64,000 nucleotides of DNA from a virus (lineage: Duplodnaviria; Heunggongvirae; Uroviricota; Caudoviricetes): the IMG/VR virus record IMGVR_UViG_3300032167_005013, one strand, 5' to 3'. The notes below the pieces were generated by a model, which was not told the origin of the DNA, ran no database searches, and was given only the letters and a program-made list of their open reading frames with translations. The position numbers and the translations under genes were made by a program. Positions 18,615 to 30,499 of this stretch are shown here, piece by piece. Every line of letters starts with the position of its first letter. Positions within the stretch are counted from its first letter, which is position 1.

Positions 18615-19692
18615 CGTTAAATTTTTTAATAAATTTCTCTGCTTTGTTTCGTTTTTCCATGTATTTTTTACGTCGGAATTCATTGGTTTTTTCAATGTTT
18701 TCCCTTATCTTGTCATTATGCTTCCTGCATTTCTCATAGGTATTTAATTCTCTTGCCCAATCTTCAATCGAAGCCGCAGAAATATCTTTCTTTATTGCCT
18801 TGTACCCATCATAAGGTGAAAGAATGTCGACAGTATCATCAATGATATATTCCCAATCCCATCCGTTATTGTTTGAAAATTTTATATTGAACCAATTATC
18901 TGTTTCGGATTCAACATTACCGTTCGCACGTGGATTTACAGCAAGTTCCTCAAGTGTATTTCCTATCCAACCCTGACCATTCCTATGATAACCGTTCATT
19001 GTAAGGAAATCAATAGACGATTTATCATTGAATTTATAACCTGTTTTCAATGTCAAGGCCTGTGAACTATTAAAACCGAAATCTCTAAAACCCGCTGTCT
19101 GCTGATGTCCTGCCCTTACATGTAATCCCCATCCATTCTGAGGAAGCATATTATATACTGCAGTTGCCTTAAATGAATTAAAACTACCGCCACCAAAATA
19201 AACATATGAGTCCTGTGGTTTATGAATATTGACCGATTCCAAAAGGATTCCTCCGGCCACACCCGCAATTCCATTATATGATGAAGCAGTACCCTTTTCT
19301 ACCCTAACTGTCTGCATCGAAGACAAAAGGTCAGGACTGTTAGCAAAATAAGCACCATAGTCCTCAGCCTCATTCCATGGGCAACCATCAAGAGATACAT
19401 TTATACGGGTTTGGTCAAGTCCTCTGATTCTAAAGTAACCGTAACCAAATTCTGTACCATTGTCATTCAATGAAATAATTGATGGCATCTTACTAAAAAC
19501 ATTTGATGGTTCCTGTCCGTAATTGGTTTCAGTAAGCGTTTTAATATCAACTACCGAACTTACTGTTGTTGAACTACTATAAAATGAAGATACGACAATT
19601 TCGTCAAGCGCCACAACCGTAGTATCTGATTCCTGTGCAAACGTAATAATCGCAATAAATGCAGAAATAAATGCCAAAATAAATTTTCTCAT
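18607..19692 (-). pseudogene. Truncated TonB-dependent receptor (signal peptide, plug, first barrel strands) fused to a phage protein C-terminus
   Basis: LDEIVVS TonB-box region; FRIRGLDQTRINVSLDGCP plug; after ~18890 the sequence resembles ORF 15198-15611. Confidence 0.7.
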
Positions 19693-19856
19693 ATTTTTTT
19701 TAATTTAAAATGTTCGATTGCAAATATACAAATATTATGCCAAACTAACAAAAAATATGAAAATTATTTGAACAGAGTTTGTCGTTTACTTGTCTTATAA
19801 CTATTTATAGTTATAAGACAAGTGTTTATATTAATAAAAATAACAATATATATTAT

Positions 19857-20447
19857 ATGGCAACCGGAGCAACTAACGGTATTCCTACCGCAAGAGAATT
19901 AGAAAATACAGGCGCATTTTCTTTCAATACAACAAACGCAAATGTTTTATCATATGTTCCGAGTTTGGATATGTGTCCAACAAGACAAACAATCTTGGCT
20001 GCTATAAAAAGTGGTTATGGGGCGGAAATTTCAACAACCTATAGTAATGGGCGACTTGTGCCTTACAATGCAATACAATGGCAGAAAAATGTTGGTAAAC
20101 TAACCATATCCTTGCTAAATACGCCTCCGTATAGTCTCAATGATTATATGATGATACCAATCAAGTATTCAACAAATACTTCTTACCTACCATCAAAATA
20201 CAGCGATTTAAATTCTTTATCGAATTTGAGTGGTGCATTGATAAATACGTTTACTAACACCAGTGTGACAATATATTCTCCTTCATGGAGTGCATATACA
20301 CAAAATATTAGAATTTATTATTCATGGGAAACATTTTCCACCCAGTCCATTTATCTTTACGGAAACGTAACGTCAGCTCAATTATCTTCTTTAAAAAATG
20401 GAACTAACATTACTATAACCGGTTATTGGACAACAAATATTGGCTAA
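19857..20447 (+). CDS. Ser/Thr/Asn-rich beta protein, paralogue of 43490-44107
   Basis: Start MATG at 19857; shared MCPT...LVP...KNxGKLTI motif. Confidence 0.75.
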   Translation: MATGATNGIPTARELENTGAFSFNTTNANVLSYVPSLDMCPTRQTILAAIKSGYGAEISTTYSNGRLVPYNAIQWQKNVGKLTISLLNTPPYSLNDYMMIPIKYSTNTSYLPSKYSDLNSLSNLSGALINTFTNTSVTIYSPSWSAYTQNIRIYYSWETFSTQSIYLYGNVTSAQLSSLKNGTNITITGYWTTNIG

Positions 20448-20493
20448 ATTAAAAAACACATTTTTACTTACTTATTATATACTTACACACGAA

Positions 20494-20527
20494 AAAACGG
20501 GATGTGTCGTGAGACACATCCCGTTTT
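20494..20527. terminator. Palindromic bidirectional terminator family (also 27251-27281, 40373-40406, 44139-44172)
   Basis: aaaacgggatgtg...cacatcccgtttt hairpin with A/T tracts on both sides. Confidence 0.75.
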
Positions 20528-20993
20528 ATAATTTCCAATATTCAATATCAATGTCCATATCCTTAAAAACTGCTTCAACCATGCTGCAGATTACCTGCCA
20601 ATCAGCACCACCCCTATCAGAACTCATCTTCCAAGGAAATGCAACTGATTTGATTCCGTTTTCGGCGCAATAGACACTCAATTTTTCCAACGCAACATAT
20701 ATTCCCTCATAGTTGGTATATCGTTTTCTATCATACCCATATTTTTCCTGGCCACAAAGGTTTGCTACCAATCTGTTATCATCACCTCCGGGGTTTGTTT
20801 TCACAATTTGGCACATACCCAATTTCATTAAACCTTTCTTACACGCCTTATGATATTGTTCAGCAACACGTGGATACTTTTCCTTAATTGCCCTTGCAAC
20901 CCCACTTCCAAATCCATCGGATGCATTTGTTTGATGAGCAATTATATCTGCTTCTGAATCCAATAAACTGCCGTTATAAATATTCTCCTTCAT
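20526..20993 (-). CDS. Macro domain protein
   Basis: IIAHQTN...GFGSGVARAIKEKYP...SDRGG. Confidence 0.85.
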   Translation of the reverse strand: MKENIYNGSLLDSEADIIAHQTNASDGFGSGVARAIKEKYPRVAEQYHKACKKGLMKLGMCQIVKTNPGGDDNRLVANLCGQEKYGYDRKRYTNYEGIYVALEKLSVYCAENGIKSVAFPWKMSSDRGGADWQVICSMVEAVFKDMDIDIEYWKL

Positions 20994-21057
20994 ATTCTTA
21001 AATTTTTAATCATATCGCAAATATACAAAAAAGGTTTGGATTTGCCAAACCTTTTAA

Positions 21058-22008
21058 CTAATCTTTCTTCTCAGCAAAATCCTTAGGGAGATACCCTCTA
21101 TTAATGAATTCATCCATCAATGGTACAGCCAATTCTGCAGCCTGTGGATGGGGTTTTCCTGTTGTACCAAGAGCTCTCAAATTGAAGAAATTTTTCCAAT
21201 CACTAATAAATGCAGTTTTAATAAGAGGTGAAGAAATTGCACAAGGTAAAACAGTTCTTGCCTCTTCAGCCTTCCATCCAAACTGATTTGTTAGCGTACA
21301 ATACGACCATTCACATGCTTTCAATGCAAACATCCAAGCACACACATCATCCATTGGTCCTACCCCATATTCAAAATCAATTACGCATCTACAAAAATCA
21401 TTTATACTATAATCCTTAAGAGTATTGATTTCATCTATTCTATCAAGCATCCATACAGGAATGATATACTTAATAGAACCACCACCAAACTTCTCTTTTG
21501 TGAATAGCACATATCTTGTACTCTCCCTATTGAACGATGCAACTCTGTGGCGTAGGAACTCTTCACCTGTAAACCTGTCAATTTGAAACCTTACCTGATA
21601 TCTTCTCTCATGAAACTCAGTGGGTTCACACCAATATTTCAAGTCATCCATCCAACCATTCTCAAAAAGAACTCGGAGATTGGTGGTTACATACATATAA
21701 TCATTGTCTGATGTACACTTAGAATATTTATTATGTTGATATTTGTCAAGGACACAACCAAGATATTCAATATCAATATTATTCACATAATCATAATCAA
21801 GTGGCGCTTTAAGATATACTGTACCATGTTCTAGTGGTGCCCCATGATTAGATTTCATCAATCCATTGCAAAACTTCTCTGCAGTTCCCGGAGCCATCTT
21901 ATCCTGAGAACCATAACATATTCTTCCCGGGAGTTCCGCTGCTTTATACATACCCTCAAGACCCGGCTCCTGTTCAATAATTTCAAATCCTGCTACTAAA
22001 AATTCCAT
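21058..22008 (-). CDS. thyX: FAD-dependent thymidylate synthase
   Basis: HGAPLEH; RHRVASFNRESTRY; EARTVLP. Confidence 0.92.
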   Translation of the reverse strand: MEFLVAGFEIIEQEPGLEGMYKAAELPGRICYGSQDKMAPGTAEKFCNGLMKSNHGAPLEHGTVYLKAPLDYDYVNNIDIEYLGCVLDKYQHNKYSKCTSDNDYMYVTTNLRVLFENGWMDDLKYWCEPTEFHERRYQVRFQIDRFTGEEFLRHRVASFNRESTRYVLFTKEKFGGGSIKYIIPVWMLDRIDEINTLKDYSINDFCRCVIDFEYGVGPMDDVCAWMFALKACEWSYCTLTNQFGWKAEEARTVLPCAISSPLIKTAFISDWKNFFNLRALGTTGKPHPQAAELAVPLMDEFINRGYLPKDFAEKKD

Positions 22009-22113
22009 ATCCTGTTTTCTTTTTTATTTTATCTTTTGACCCAAACACAATGGGAACAATCAATATCAGCGCAAAACAAATTGTACAACCGAATAATATT
22101 AAACCGTCTATCA

Positions 22114-22986
22114 TCATTTTATAAACCAATCTGTTTTTTCTAATTTAATGTGTTCGTGGTAATAAAGCATTGCGTTTTTCTCAATATATTTCAATGCTAT
22201 CTTGGATTTTCGTTCAATAAAGGTAAACATACGGTCCAAACCATCTTCATCAAAATCAAAGCCCCAATATTGCAAAACAAATAAAATAGCATGAGTTCTA
22301 TTTCTTGCTTCAGGCAAAATTTTATATAATGCAGTATAATATCTTTGAAATGGTTCGGAACTTTTCAAGGCCTCAATAAAAGTATCTCTATCATAACTCC
22401 CTTTCTCCCTAACATAATTTTCAATATGAGGTGTTGTTTCAGAAATTATAGCCTTCATTTCTTTTTCATGGCAAGCATATAGTGCCTGCACAAATTGGTA
22501 TGCAATATCATTATTCTTATAATCGTTAAGAAAAACAACGCATTGGTTATACCATAAAGGAAGAGGATTTACCAAATTTTTACCGCCCTTCTCATTGTAT
22601 TTCGCCTGATTCAATATCACATAACCATGATTCAACTCATGAACAGCAATGTGATATATTGTCTGTTCCAACTTATCATAACTTTGTTTCAATATATCAT
22701 TTCTTGATATAAAGAATTTAATTCCCACAGTATCATCATTAACACCATTAAATGTCCCTGATGTCGGACGCATATCTATCATCATGTCCCGATAATTCAC
22801 ATCATCTTCCGAATATTCAATAGTAATAATATATTTTTTAAATTGACAGTCTGTTTGTGTGTCGAAAACGCCATTTCTATGATGTGATTTAATCATAGAA
22901 ACAGCTTTTTCTGCAATTTCTTTCGCTAAATTATATTGATTGGAAAACTCCCCTAACGCTTCGTTGATAACCTCCAATTGTGTCAT
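22114..22986 (-). CDS. HExxH metallopeptidase-like protein (paralogue 2)
   Basis: VHELNHGY...KEMKA; N-terminal INE. Confidence 0.6.
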   Translation of the reverse strand: MTQLEVINEALGEFSNQYNLAKEIAEKAVSMIKSHHRNGVFDTQTDCQFKKYIITIEYSEDDVNYRDMMIDMRPTSGTFNGVNDDTVGIKFFISRNDILKQSYDKLEQTIYHIAVHELNHGYVILNQAKYNEKGGKNLVNPLPLWYNQCVVFLNDYKNNDIAYQFVQALYACHEKEMKAIISETTPHIENYVREKGSYDRDTFIEALKSSEPFQRYYTALYKILPEARNRTHAILFVLQYWGFDFDEDGLDRMFTFIERKSKIALKYIEKNAMLYYHEHIKLEKTDWFIK

Positions 22987-23021
22987 ATCATTTAATTTTG
23001 AGCAAAAATATGGAAAAAATA

Positions 23022-23768
23022 TTATTTTTCCAAATCAATTTCTTCTCTAAACATAATTTTCCTATACTCGACAATCCCATCAGTCACCACTATATAGTAA
23101 TTAGGAAGAAGGTCGTTAACATAAATCCCCTCTTCATTGCCTAATTTCATAAATTCATCAAATTTTTCAGCCCAAACAACCGTATGTCCCACAACCTGTT
23201 TGTACCCCTCAAGTTTACTCTTGCTTAATGCATTTGGCCTTATCCATATCGGTGAATTTGAAATAGTATCCCCCTCTTCACTGTAACCCACATGACAGTT
23301 CCAAGCAAGAAGTCTTGTATCGAACTCAGGTCCGTTGATTTCTTCTAATGTATCCACGTTACATAGTTCTTCAAACCACCATTTTGAAACACCTGCATGT
23401 GAATAAAGAACACCATCTTCAATGTGAAGAATCTTCATTTTTCCTGATTTTAGTGCATCTACCAGTAACTCATGAGCATTAAAGTAAGTGACCTGATTAT
23501 ACCCGCTGTATTTTTCTCTATAATCATAATAATGAAAATCATGATTTCCTAACAGCAATATAACCCTATCCTCGCCCAATTCTTTTTGGAGTTTCAATAT
23601 CTCTTTGAAATTAAAAATCTGCCTTGCCGGATGATATTTCTTTTCATGGGAATCAAAATAGTCCCCTAAAAAAATAAATTTATCCGCATCAGGATTCTCA
23701 TCAACTATTTTCCTCCATATTGCACGGCCATGTATATCACCTATAGCAACTATCTTACTCATAATCAA
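23022..23768 (-). CDS. Calcineurin-like metallophosphoesterase
   Basis: GDIHG, GDYFD, GNHD, HAG, GHT motifs. Confidence 0.9.
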   Translation of the reverse strand: MIMSKIVAIGDIHGRAIWRKIVDENPDADKFIFLGDYFDSHEKKYHPARQIFNFKEILKLQKELGEDRVILLLGNHDFHYYDYREKYSGYNQVTYFNAHELLVDALKSGKMKILHIEDGVLYSHAGVSKWWFEELCNVDTLEEINGPEFDTRLLAWNCHVGYSEEGDTISNSPIWIRPNALSKSKLEGYKQVVGHTVVWAEKFDEFMKLGNEEGIYVNDLLPNYYIVVTDGIVEYRKIMFREEIDLEK

Positions 23769-23811
23769 TTATATATGTTTAAAATTTGCGATTTGCAAAT
23801 CGCGAATTCAT

Positions 23812-24430
23812 TTATACAAAATACCTTGCAAACCATTCTTTGTCATTAACAATGACCTTTAGATATTTCTCGCCATCCTCAGTCTGAAACGCATTTTCAA
23901 TGCCACGAACCTTTTTTAGAGGAAGATAATTCCTGTCAAGATGCTTTTCAATTGATTTTAATTTCTCCTCAATGGAAAGCCCATCATAATCGGCCTTATA
24001 ATGGCAAAAATAAGTCATTTTAGGCGTTTTCTTTACAAAGTGGACTAACTCTTCGTCTGAAAGATTTAAAGCCTTTTTAGGGCCCTTTTTGTAAGGATAT
24101 GACTTATCATCAGTCTTGGCTGGTAGAACAAATATCCCGAACATAAGAATCTTTTTTATACATAACGGTGGAATCAGTTGGCGTAAAAACGCCATCTTTC
24201 CAAGTTCCTTCAATCTTTAATTCTGTTTTACCTTCATATACTTCCAATGCGGTAGGATTATTGATATGATAAATTAGCACCGAAAGCGATAAGGCGAACA
24301 ATATTAATCCTAATATTATTAAATGAGGGACAGCGCTGTTCCCTTTTTTTTCTTCGTATATACCGTGACTGCCTATGAACACTGTTGATAGGCTACCCAA
24401 AAATGCTAAAAAGATTATAAATGTCAACAT
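23812..24430 (-). other. Two hypothetical ORFs (23812-~24135; 24110-24430, membrane protein)
   Basis: ORF track. Confidence 0.5.
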
Positions 24431-24555
24431 AATATTATTGGTTTTTAAATAAACAAATATATTCCACAGCCAAGCATTACAATACCCGCCATAATAGTCA
24501 TGAATAACACAAAATGTAATGAGAAACCACTGTGTGGTGACTCAGTAAGAGCACT

Positions 24556-24625
24556 TGTCAACGTGCCATGCCAAAGGGTTTCACCCTTTGCTCAAGCACC
24601 CTCCTTTAGGTGGGTGTAGTTGACA
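24556..24625. mobile_element. Non-autonomous IS200/IS605-type end element (MITE-like)
   Basis: tgtcaac...gttgaca termini with a caccctcctttaggtgggtg hairpin; the same end recurs at 32924-32949. Confidence 0.6.
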
Positions 24626-24654
24626 TACTCTCTTAACTAATTCAAGCATACTTT

Positions 24655-25569
24655 TTAATATAAATCTTCTGAAAATAATTTACTCTTTTGACTTTTAATC
24701 TGTCCGGCTGTATATGCAATTTTCGCTGCTTCCTCTCGGCTGACAAACCGCCCTTTCGATGTATAGAAACCCTGCGAATACAAACCATCTTCCAATTCCT
24801 CACCAAATCTCCAAATTATGTCATGATGACGATAACCAAGTTCAATATTTATAAGGTCATTTGTCCCCTCATGATATGGGTTATCACAATTTCTTCTCTC
24901 ATTTCTTTTAATTGCGCTGCAGAGAATCCACTCCACATCCTTATCATGGTTATAAATGTTATTCAACTCAGATACAGCAATATCATAGACTGCATGCCAT
25001 TCGGGACGGAGCCACTCTTTCCAAAAGGCATGGTATTTTCTCTCGCCATATTTCTTGGTATGCTGTGTCATTGTACCCATCTGCTTGATACATTCTTTCA
25101 GGTCACCGGCATCAACACCACTAAGATATTCCATCATGAATTCATAATATTCATCCTCATGGTATTTATCCTCAGTGTCAAGAGGTATTTCAAGATAGAA
25201 AGAAAGTGCTATACCAAACGCAACAATGGAAAAATGGCCTTTTCTTTCAAAACACGGGTTATCATATTTCCACTTACTTGCAAAATCGAAGTTAATAATT
25301 CTAAACGTCATCCAATCAGGTAATCTGATTCTTATCGACTTATCAGGGAAAGACGGGAAGAATTTCCTCATTTTCATTACGAACTTCGGGTCATACTCAT
25401 ATTCAAAAGTCTCTCTGTTAAGATACCTGTGTTTGGTAAACAAATCGAACGAGAACGGTGGTATATAAAACGGTTGTCTCGACATTCTGCCGAACATCAT
25501 CTTAAGTTTTGGACGAACCAAAATATGCTTAACCTTATTGAAGGTATTATATAATTTAATCTTCCCCAT
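24655..25569 (-). CDS. Hypothetical two-domain phage protein
   Basis: C-terminal GYRH...QGFYTSKGRFVSREEA...LFSEDLY module. Confidence 0.65.
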   Translation of the reverse strand: MGKIKLYNTFNKVKHILVRPKLKMMFGRMSRQPFYIPPFSFDLFTKHRYLNRETFEYEYDPKFVMKMRKFFPSFPDKSIRIRLPDWMTFRIINFDFASKWKYDNPCFERKGHFSIVAFGIALSFYLEIPLDTEDKYHEDEYYEFMMEYLSGVDAGDLKECIKQMGTMTQHTKKYGERKYHAFWKEWLRPEWHAVYDIAVSELNNIYNHDKDVEWILCSAIKRNERRNCDNPYHEGTNDLINIELGYRHHDIIWRFGEELEDGLYSQGFYTSKGRFVSREEAAKIAYTAGQIKSQKSKLFSEDLY

Positions 25570-25780
25570 ATATTATCTGACCAACAAAAATATTATAAAT
25601 GCAATAAAGAAACAAATGCCACATCCTTTGTAATATTTTATTGCAGTATCATCATCGACATAAGTATCAAAAGAGGAGTGAATTAGGCCAATAAAAAAAA
25701 AATACCCAACCAAGCATAAAAATAAAAAAAACCATAATTTTTCGTTTAAATTTTTTTTAAAAATTAATACTCAATTTTAC

Positions 25781-25796
25781 TACAAATACCGTGCCA
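25781..25796 (-). promoter_or_regulatory. sigma54-type -24/-12 motif (others at 3795+, 6325-, 7641+, 29464-, 35624-, 38718-, 47501-, 59305-, 63842-)
   Basis: TGGCACG-N4-TTG(C/T)A. Confidence 0.65.
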
Positions 25797-25801
25797 AACT
25801 A

Positions 25802-26728
25802 TTAAAATGCCTCATCCTCCACATCATCATCATTATCATCACTATAATGACATAATATAGATTTTTCGATGAATTTCACCATTTCCTCATAATAAGGGAG
25901 TGATGTCTTATAGTGAGTTTGTTGTGTTCCATATACATGATATCCAAAACACCATTGGTGATGCACAAATACGTTAACAAACGTCAGAAAATCTATATAA
26001 TTAGATTTTAACTCGGTGCAGAGTTTTTTAGTTTCATCATCACTGTTATACACTGCAAGAGCCGATGATTCATCAAAACCATCATAAATCCCCCAAAAGG
26101 AAAGTGGATATATAAACCCCGGCTTTACCGAAATAATACGTCTTGAATCATTATAATCCAATCCTGCATTATAAACATTAAATTCATTATCACCCAATCC
26201 CCAACATTTCTTATCACCTATAAGAGCAAAGGTTTTATCAATTGACATATTAAAATCAAATGTCGCAGGCATCAATTTTTTGATTGTTTCGTACATGAAA
26301 CGATGGTCCATGGTGAAAACGATATCATATATCTGTTCAAATTCACTACCCATCGTAAATCTCGACTGCATGTCATGAATTTTAGTACAAATATCATTAT
26401 ATGTCTTTATATCATCCTCTTTCATGTAACGACCCGCCATTTCATCGTCAACAATTCTCAGAACCTTTTCAATATCATGTCCAAAAAAACGTTCTATCGC
26501 AGCAACATTCTCATCTCTTATGATATTTTCTATATTTCCATAATCATTATATGTTCCGAATATAGGGAGGGCAATAGGGGTAAATACTGTACCTGGCGCA
26601 AATTTAAATGTGTCTGGTAAAACAGTCTTATTCTTATATCTCGGCTTTACCCCAAGAAAAAGCACAACATCATCATAACATACAATTGGTAGGTGGGTAT
26701 GGAAACCCATAACATTAAAACACCCCAT
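25802..26728 (-). CDS. Hypothetical phage protein
   Basis: 308-aa ORF; PIFGTYNDYG motif. Confidence 0.7.
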   Translation of the reverse strand: MGCFNVMGFHTHLPIVCYDDVVLFLGVKPRYKNKTVLPDTFKFAPGTVFTPIALPIFGTYNDYGNIENIIRDENVAAIERFFGHDIEKVLRIVDDEMAGRYMKEDDIKTYNDICTKIHDMQSRFTMGSEFEQIYDIVFTMDHRFMYETIKKLMPATFDFNMSIDKTFALIGDKKCWGLGDNEFNVYNAGLDYNDSRRIISVKPGFIYPLSFWGIYDGFDESSALAVYNSDDETKKLCTELKSNYIDFLTFVNVFVHHQWCFGYHVYGTQQTHYKTSLPYYEEMVKFIEKSILCHYSDDNDDDVEDEAF

Positions 26729-26733
26729 AATCT

Positions 26734-27135
26734 TTAAATTGAAGTTCCTATTTCTTTTCTTTTATTACAATCGTAACCATATACAGTCAATGACGAATCG
26801 GTTTCGGGGCACCATTTACCATAGTCGACTGATGCCTGAAGGTCATCCACACCGAACGCCACCTCTTGTATTTCATGGTTTTCCTTTTCCCTGCAGAAAT
26901 CAACAACCGTCTGAACAAGTCTTTCATGAAGTTCTGTAATATCATCGGAAGTTGTTACAGGATTTGGATAATGTTCTTCATCTTTCTTTGCCCGCAGAAC
27001 AACAGTCTTAGGGTCAACTTCATACCAAGCGTATCTATCATATAGATATGCGTAGCCATCGACAAAATTGATTCCTGTACCTACAATTTTCTCACCGTTT
27101 TCGAGTTTTTTCGCTCTTACAATTAGTTCAGTCAT
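26734..27135 (-). CDS. Hypothetical protein with YopX-like N-terminus
   Basis: RAKKLENGE...YEVDPKTV. Confidence 0.55.
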   Translation of the reverse strand: MTELIVRAKKLENGEKIVGTGINFVDGYAYLYDRYAWYEVDPKTVVLRAKKDEEHYPNPVTTSDDITELHERLVQTVVDFCREKENHEIQEVAFGVDDLQASVDYGKWCPETDSSLTVYGYDCNKRKEIGTSI

Positions 27136-27289
27136 AATATATTATACAGTTTTTTTGCTTTATTATACGCATACCATATAATAATGCAAAATTATTTTCA
27201 TCTGCAAATATACAAAAATTATGCCAAACTAACAAAAAAAAATAAAAAGAAAAGGGACCTGCTGTGAAGCACATCCCGTTTATTTTTTA

Positions 27290-27664
27290 TTAATCAACTT
27301 TTGTTCCTTTCTGTTGGATTATACTGAATTCCGTCATGTTCATGCAATGCCAATGTTTATCAGGAACGGTTCTGAGATTGTCAATATCAATTATATCCTC
27401 TACATCAATAACATAGACACCGGTTTCTTTATGGCAAATCCCACATCTTGTTTCATAGATAACATGAGGATGTTCATCCTCATTTGCAAATAAATATTCT
27501 TTTACTCTATACTCCCTGCCATAGGGGTGATTACAAAGCCTGAAAGTTCTCCTGAACCACCTTAAGACATCCCATTCAAAATCAATCATATCCACAAAAA
27601 GACTAATGAACAAATATATTACAACCCCCAAAAACAATAGGCTGAAAAAGAAATCCCAAAACAT
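27290..27664 (-). CDS. Hypothetical protein with N-terminal TM
   Basis: ORF between a TATTTATA motif and a palindromic terminator. Confidence 0.6.
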   Translation of the reverse strand: MFWDFFFSLLFLGVVIYLFISLFVDMIDFEWDVLRWFRRTFRLCNHPYGREYRVKEYLFANEDEHPHVIYETRCGICHKETGVYVIDVEDIIDIDNLRTVPDKHWHCMNMTEFSIIQQKGTKVD

Positions 27665-27720
27665 AATTCAAGTTATTTTACCTATATAAATATAATGTTT
27701 AAAGAGTTCCTATTCAAGTT

Positions 27721-29607
27721 TTATCTCAGTATTTCTACCACTATATTAAATCTATCTTCGTATTCAAGGCATGAATGAGTTAAACTCCTCTTAAGTTTCA
27801 GAGGGTCATAGGAACCTTCCTGCAAATCTGAAATACATAAACTACAATCAGAGATACCATACAACTCTGTTCTACTAATTGGGTTGTAAAGTGTTACGGC
27901 AGTACATTCAACTTCTCCGAAAGACGTTAGTCTTCTTAAGCGATAACAACTCGCAGTGCGTGGCTCTTCAATTACCTTGAAAGGTATAGAGTCGTCAAGA
28001 ATTGAATTAAGTTTTGACAAATCTTCCACTTCGTATCTTCCTGAGGTGCGTTCGATTACATATGTGTTTCTGAAAAAATCATCATACATCTCAGCGAACA
28101 TCTCTTCACCGACATCAGGCCATTCGCCATAAGGCTTTATGTCGTGAAGATGGATTATACGAAGTTCAAGAAGGTTATAAAATCTCACCTGAACACAACC
28201 GTCACCTCTGAATTCTTCTGACCAATCAAAATCATCATCTTTCTTAATGTTATATTCTTTATCATACATTACAATATACCACTCCTCCTGCCTTTCATTG
28301 ATTTGATTACAACGATAAAATGTGGCATTTTCAGGAATATTCTTCAATTCCCCGTCCCAATCGTCGCCATAAGCATATGCCTGTCTAAATCTATAATCCG
28401 CCATATTTAATTTCCCTTTATAAATTTAACTGTACCGTCAACATTTATACGATATTCTTCACCATTAACTGTATATGTATATCCCTCTAAGTGTTTTTTA
28501 AAAACCTGTGCAACAACGTCAGCCAATGTTTCTTCGCTATCAGTTATAAACATAGGCGCCCCAAAACGTTTTACAACATATTCTTTTCTTGGAAACTTAT
28601 GTGGTACGACAACGTCTCCAACTTCATGAAGTTGATAGTCAACTGAAAACAGTTCATCAATTTCTTCAAGTATGAACACACCTAATAGGTCATATTTCCT
28701 ATAAAAACCCCAAGTGCTTTTTTCAACTGGAGGAATTACCTCCACACAATATTTTTCAGCGTATGCCCATAAGAGTCTATAAAGCGATTTATAATACCCC
28801 ATATTATCGTCATTAAAACGCTTATAATATTCAGCGCTATCATATTTCTCCTTTAATTTATAAAGGAACGCAATCTTCTCCTCATTTGACATCGAGTGAA
28901 ATTTCTCAATGTATTTTTCATTGATTGATTCCACATGAGCCATATGCGCTTTTTCTTGCTGAAGACGGATTTTGCCCTCTTCACTTTCAAGATATTCTTT
29001 CAACTGTTCACTCAATTTTCCCATAACACCCCAAAATTAACAAAACAACATCAAAAAACCAATAACAGTATAGATGAGTCCCAAAGCAAAGGTCAGCCAA
29101 CACTGTTGTTTCTCAACTGCGCTAAGTTGTGAGAATACGGTAACGTCTTTCAAATACGTCACCGCCACCACATAACATAAAACCGCAAGTAACATACAGA
29201 TAAATGATGCGAGTATATCAAAAAATGCCATAAATTAGTCTATTTTAATATTATATAAATCTTCAATAACCTCTTTAATCTCATCCTGAGGGAAAATATC
29301 AAAACATTCAGAAAAGCACAGATGGTCAGCAACATGCTTTTTCAAGAATTCAGTCTGATGATAAGCACTTAAGTCAGTAAAAAGGTCTTCAATATCAACC
29401 TCGATAGTTGTCTTAAATTTTGTCATAACTTTTTTCTAAAATTTCTTTAACATCATTGTCTACTGCAAATACCGTGCCAAACTTTTCAAGTTCTTCAATT
29501 CCTTTTTTTGTTAATCTTGTACTTTCTTTCCTGCCAAGACGTATTTGCTGCTTAATAGCATTAATAATTGTCATGTCTTTCAGCAAGTTTAATAAGATAT
29601 TGTCCAT
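27721..29607 (-). other. Hypothetical ORFs 27721-28404, 28407-29024, 29037-29231, 29235-29426, 29413-29607
   Basis: Abutting minus-strand ORFs. Confidence 0.6.
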
Positions 29608-30451
29608 ATGGATTATTTTTCATACCCATACCAAGTTCCATAAGTTTCTCCCTATCAATCCAATCATTGTTGTAGGCAATCTCCTCAAGGCAAGCAATTT
29701 TCTGTCCCTGCCTCTTTTCAAGTACCTCGATATAAGTTGATGCCTCCGAGAGAGAATCATGTGTTCCGGTATCAAGCCAAGCAAAACCTCTCCCCAACAC
29801 TTCAACATGAAGCCTCTCTTCTTCAAGATAATGCTGATTCACTGCAGTTATTTCAAGTTCGCCTCTTGCTGATGGCTTAATTGTCTTTGCTACTTCAACA
29901 ACCGAATTTGGATAAAAATATAAACCGGGGACAGCATAATTTGATTTTGGGTTAACCGGTTTCTCTTCAAGAGAAATGGCGAAAGCATTATCACTGAGTT
30001 CAACAACACCATATCTACTAGGGTCGTCAACATAATATCCGAAAATGGAGGCGTAGCCACAATCAACCCATAATTTCGCTGTTTCAAGATTATGAGTAAA
30101 ACCCGCACCGTGAAAAACGTTATCGCCAAGAATAAGACAGACATCATCATCACCGATGAACTCCTCGCCAATTATAAACGCCTGTGCAATTCCATCAGGA
30201 GACGGCTGTTCCGCATATTCAAAACGAACACCATAATCGCTTCCGTCGCCAAGGAGTCGTTTAAACCCCGGCAAATCCTGAGGCGTCGATATAATCAATA
30301 TATCCTTAATACCCGCCAACATCAATACGGATATCGGATAATAGCAAGTTGGTTTGTCATAAATTGGAATTAACTGCTTAGATATTCCTTTGGTTATCGG
30401 GTGGAGTCTCGTTCCTGCCCCACCGCAGAGACATATTCCTTTCATAATCAA
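29561..30451 (-). CDS. rfbA: Glucose-1-phosphate thymidylyltransferase
   Basis: [22 protein letters not shown]; RGELEIT; WLDTGT. Confidence 0.95.
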   Translation of the reverse strand: MIMKGICLCGGAGTRLHPITKGISKQLIPIYDKPTCYYPISVLMLAGIKDILIISTPQDLPGFKRLLGDGSDYGVRFEYAEQPSPDGIAQAFIIGEEFIGDDDVCLILGDNVFHGAGFTHNLETAKLWVDCGYASIFGYYVDDPSRYGVVELSDNAFAISLEEKPVNPKSNYAVPGLYFYPNSVVEVAKTIKPSARGELEITAVNQHYLEEERLHVEVLGRGFAWLDTGTHDSLSEASTYIEVLEKRQGQKIACLEEIAYNNDWIDREKLMELGMGMKNNPYGQYLIKLAERHDNY

Positions 30452-30499
30452 TTAGTTATATAGATTTTCGTTATAATCAAATAAGTTATTCCACATTGT

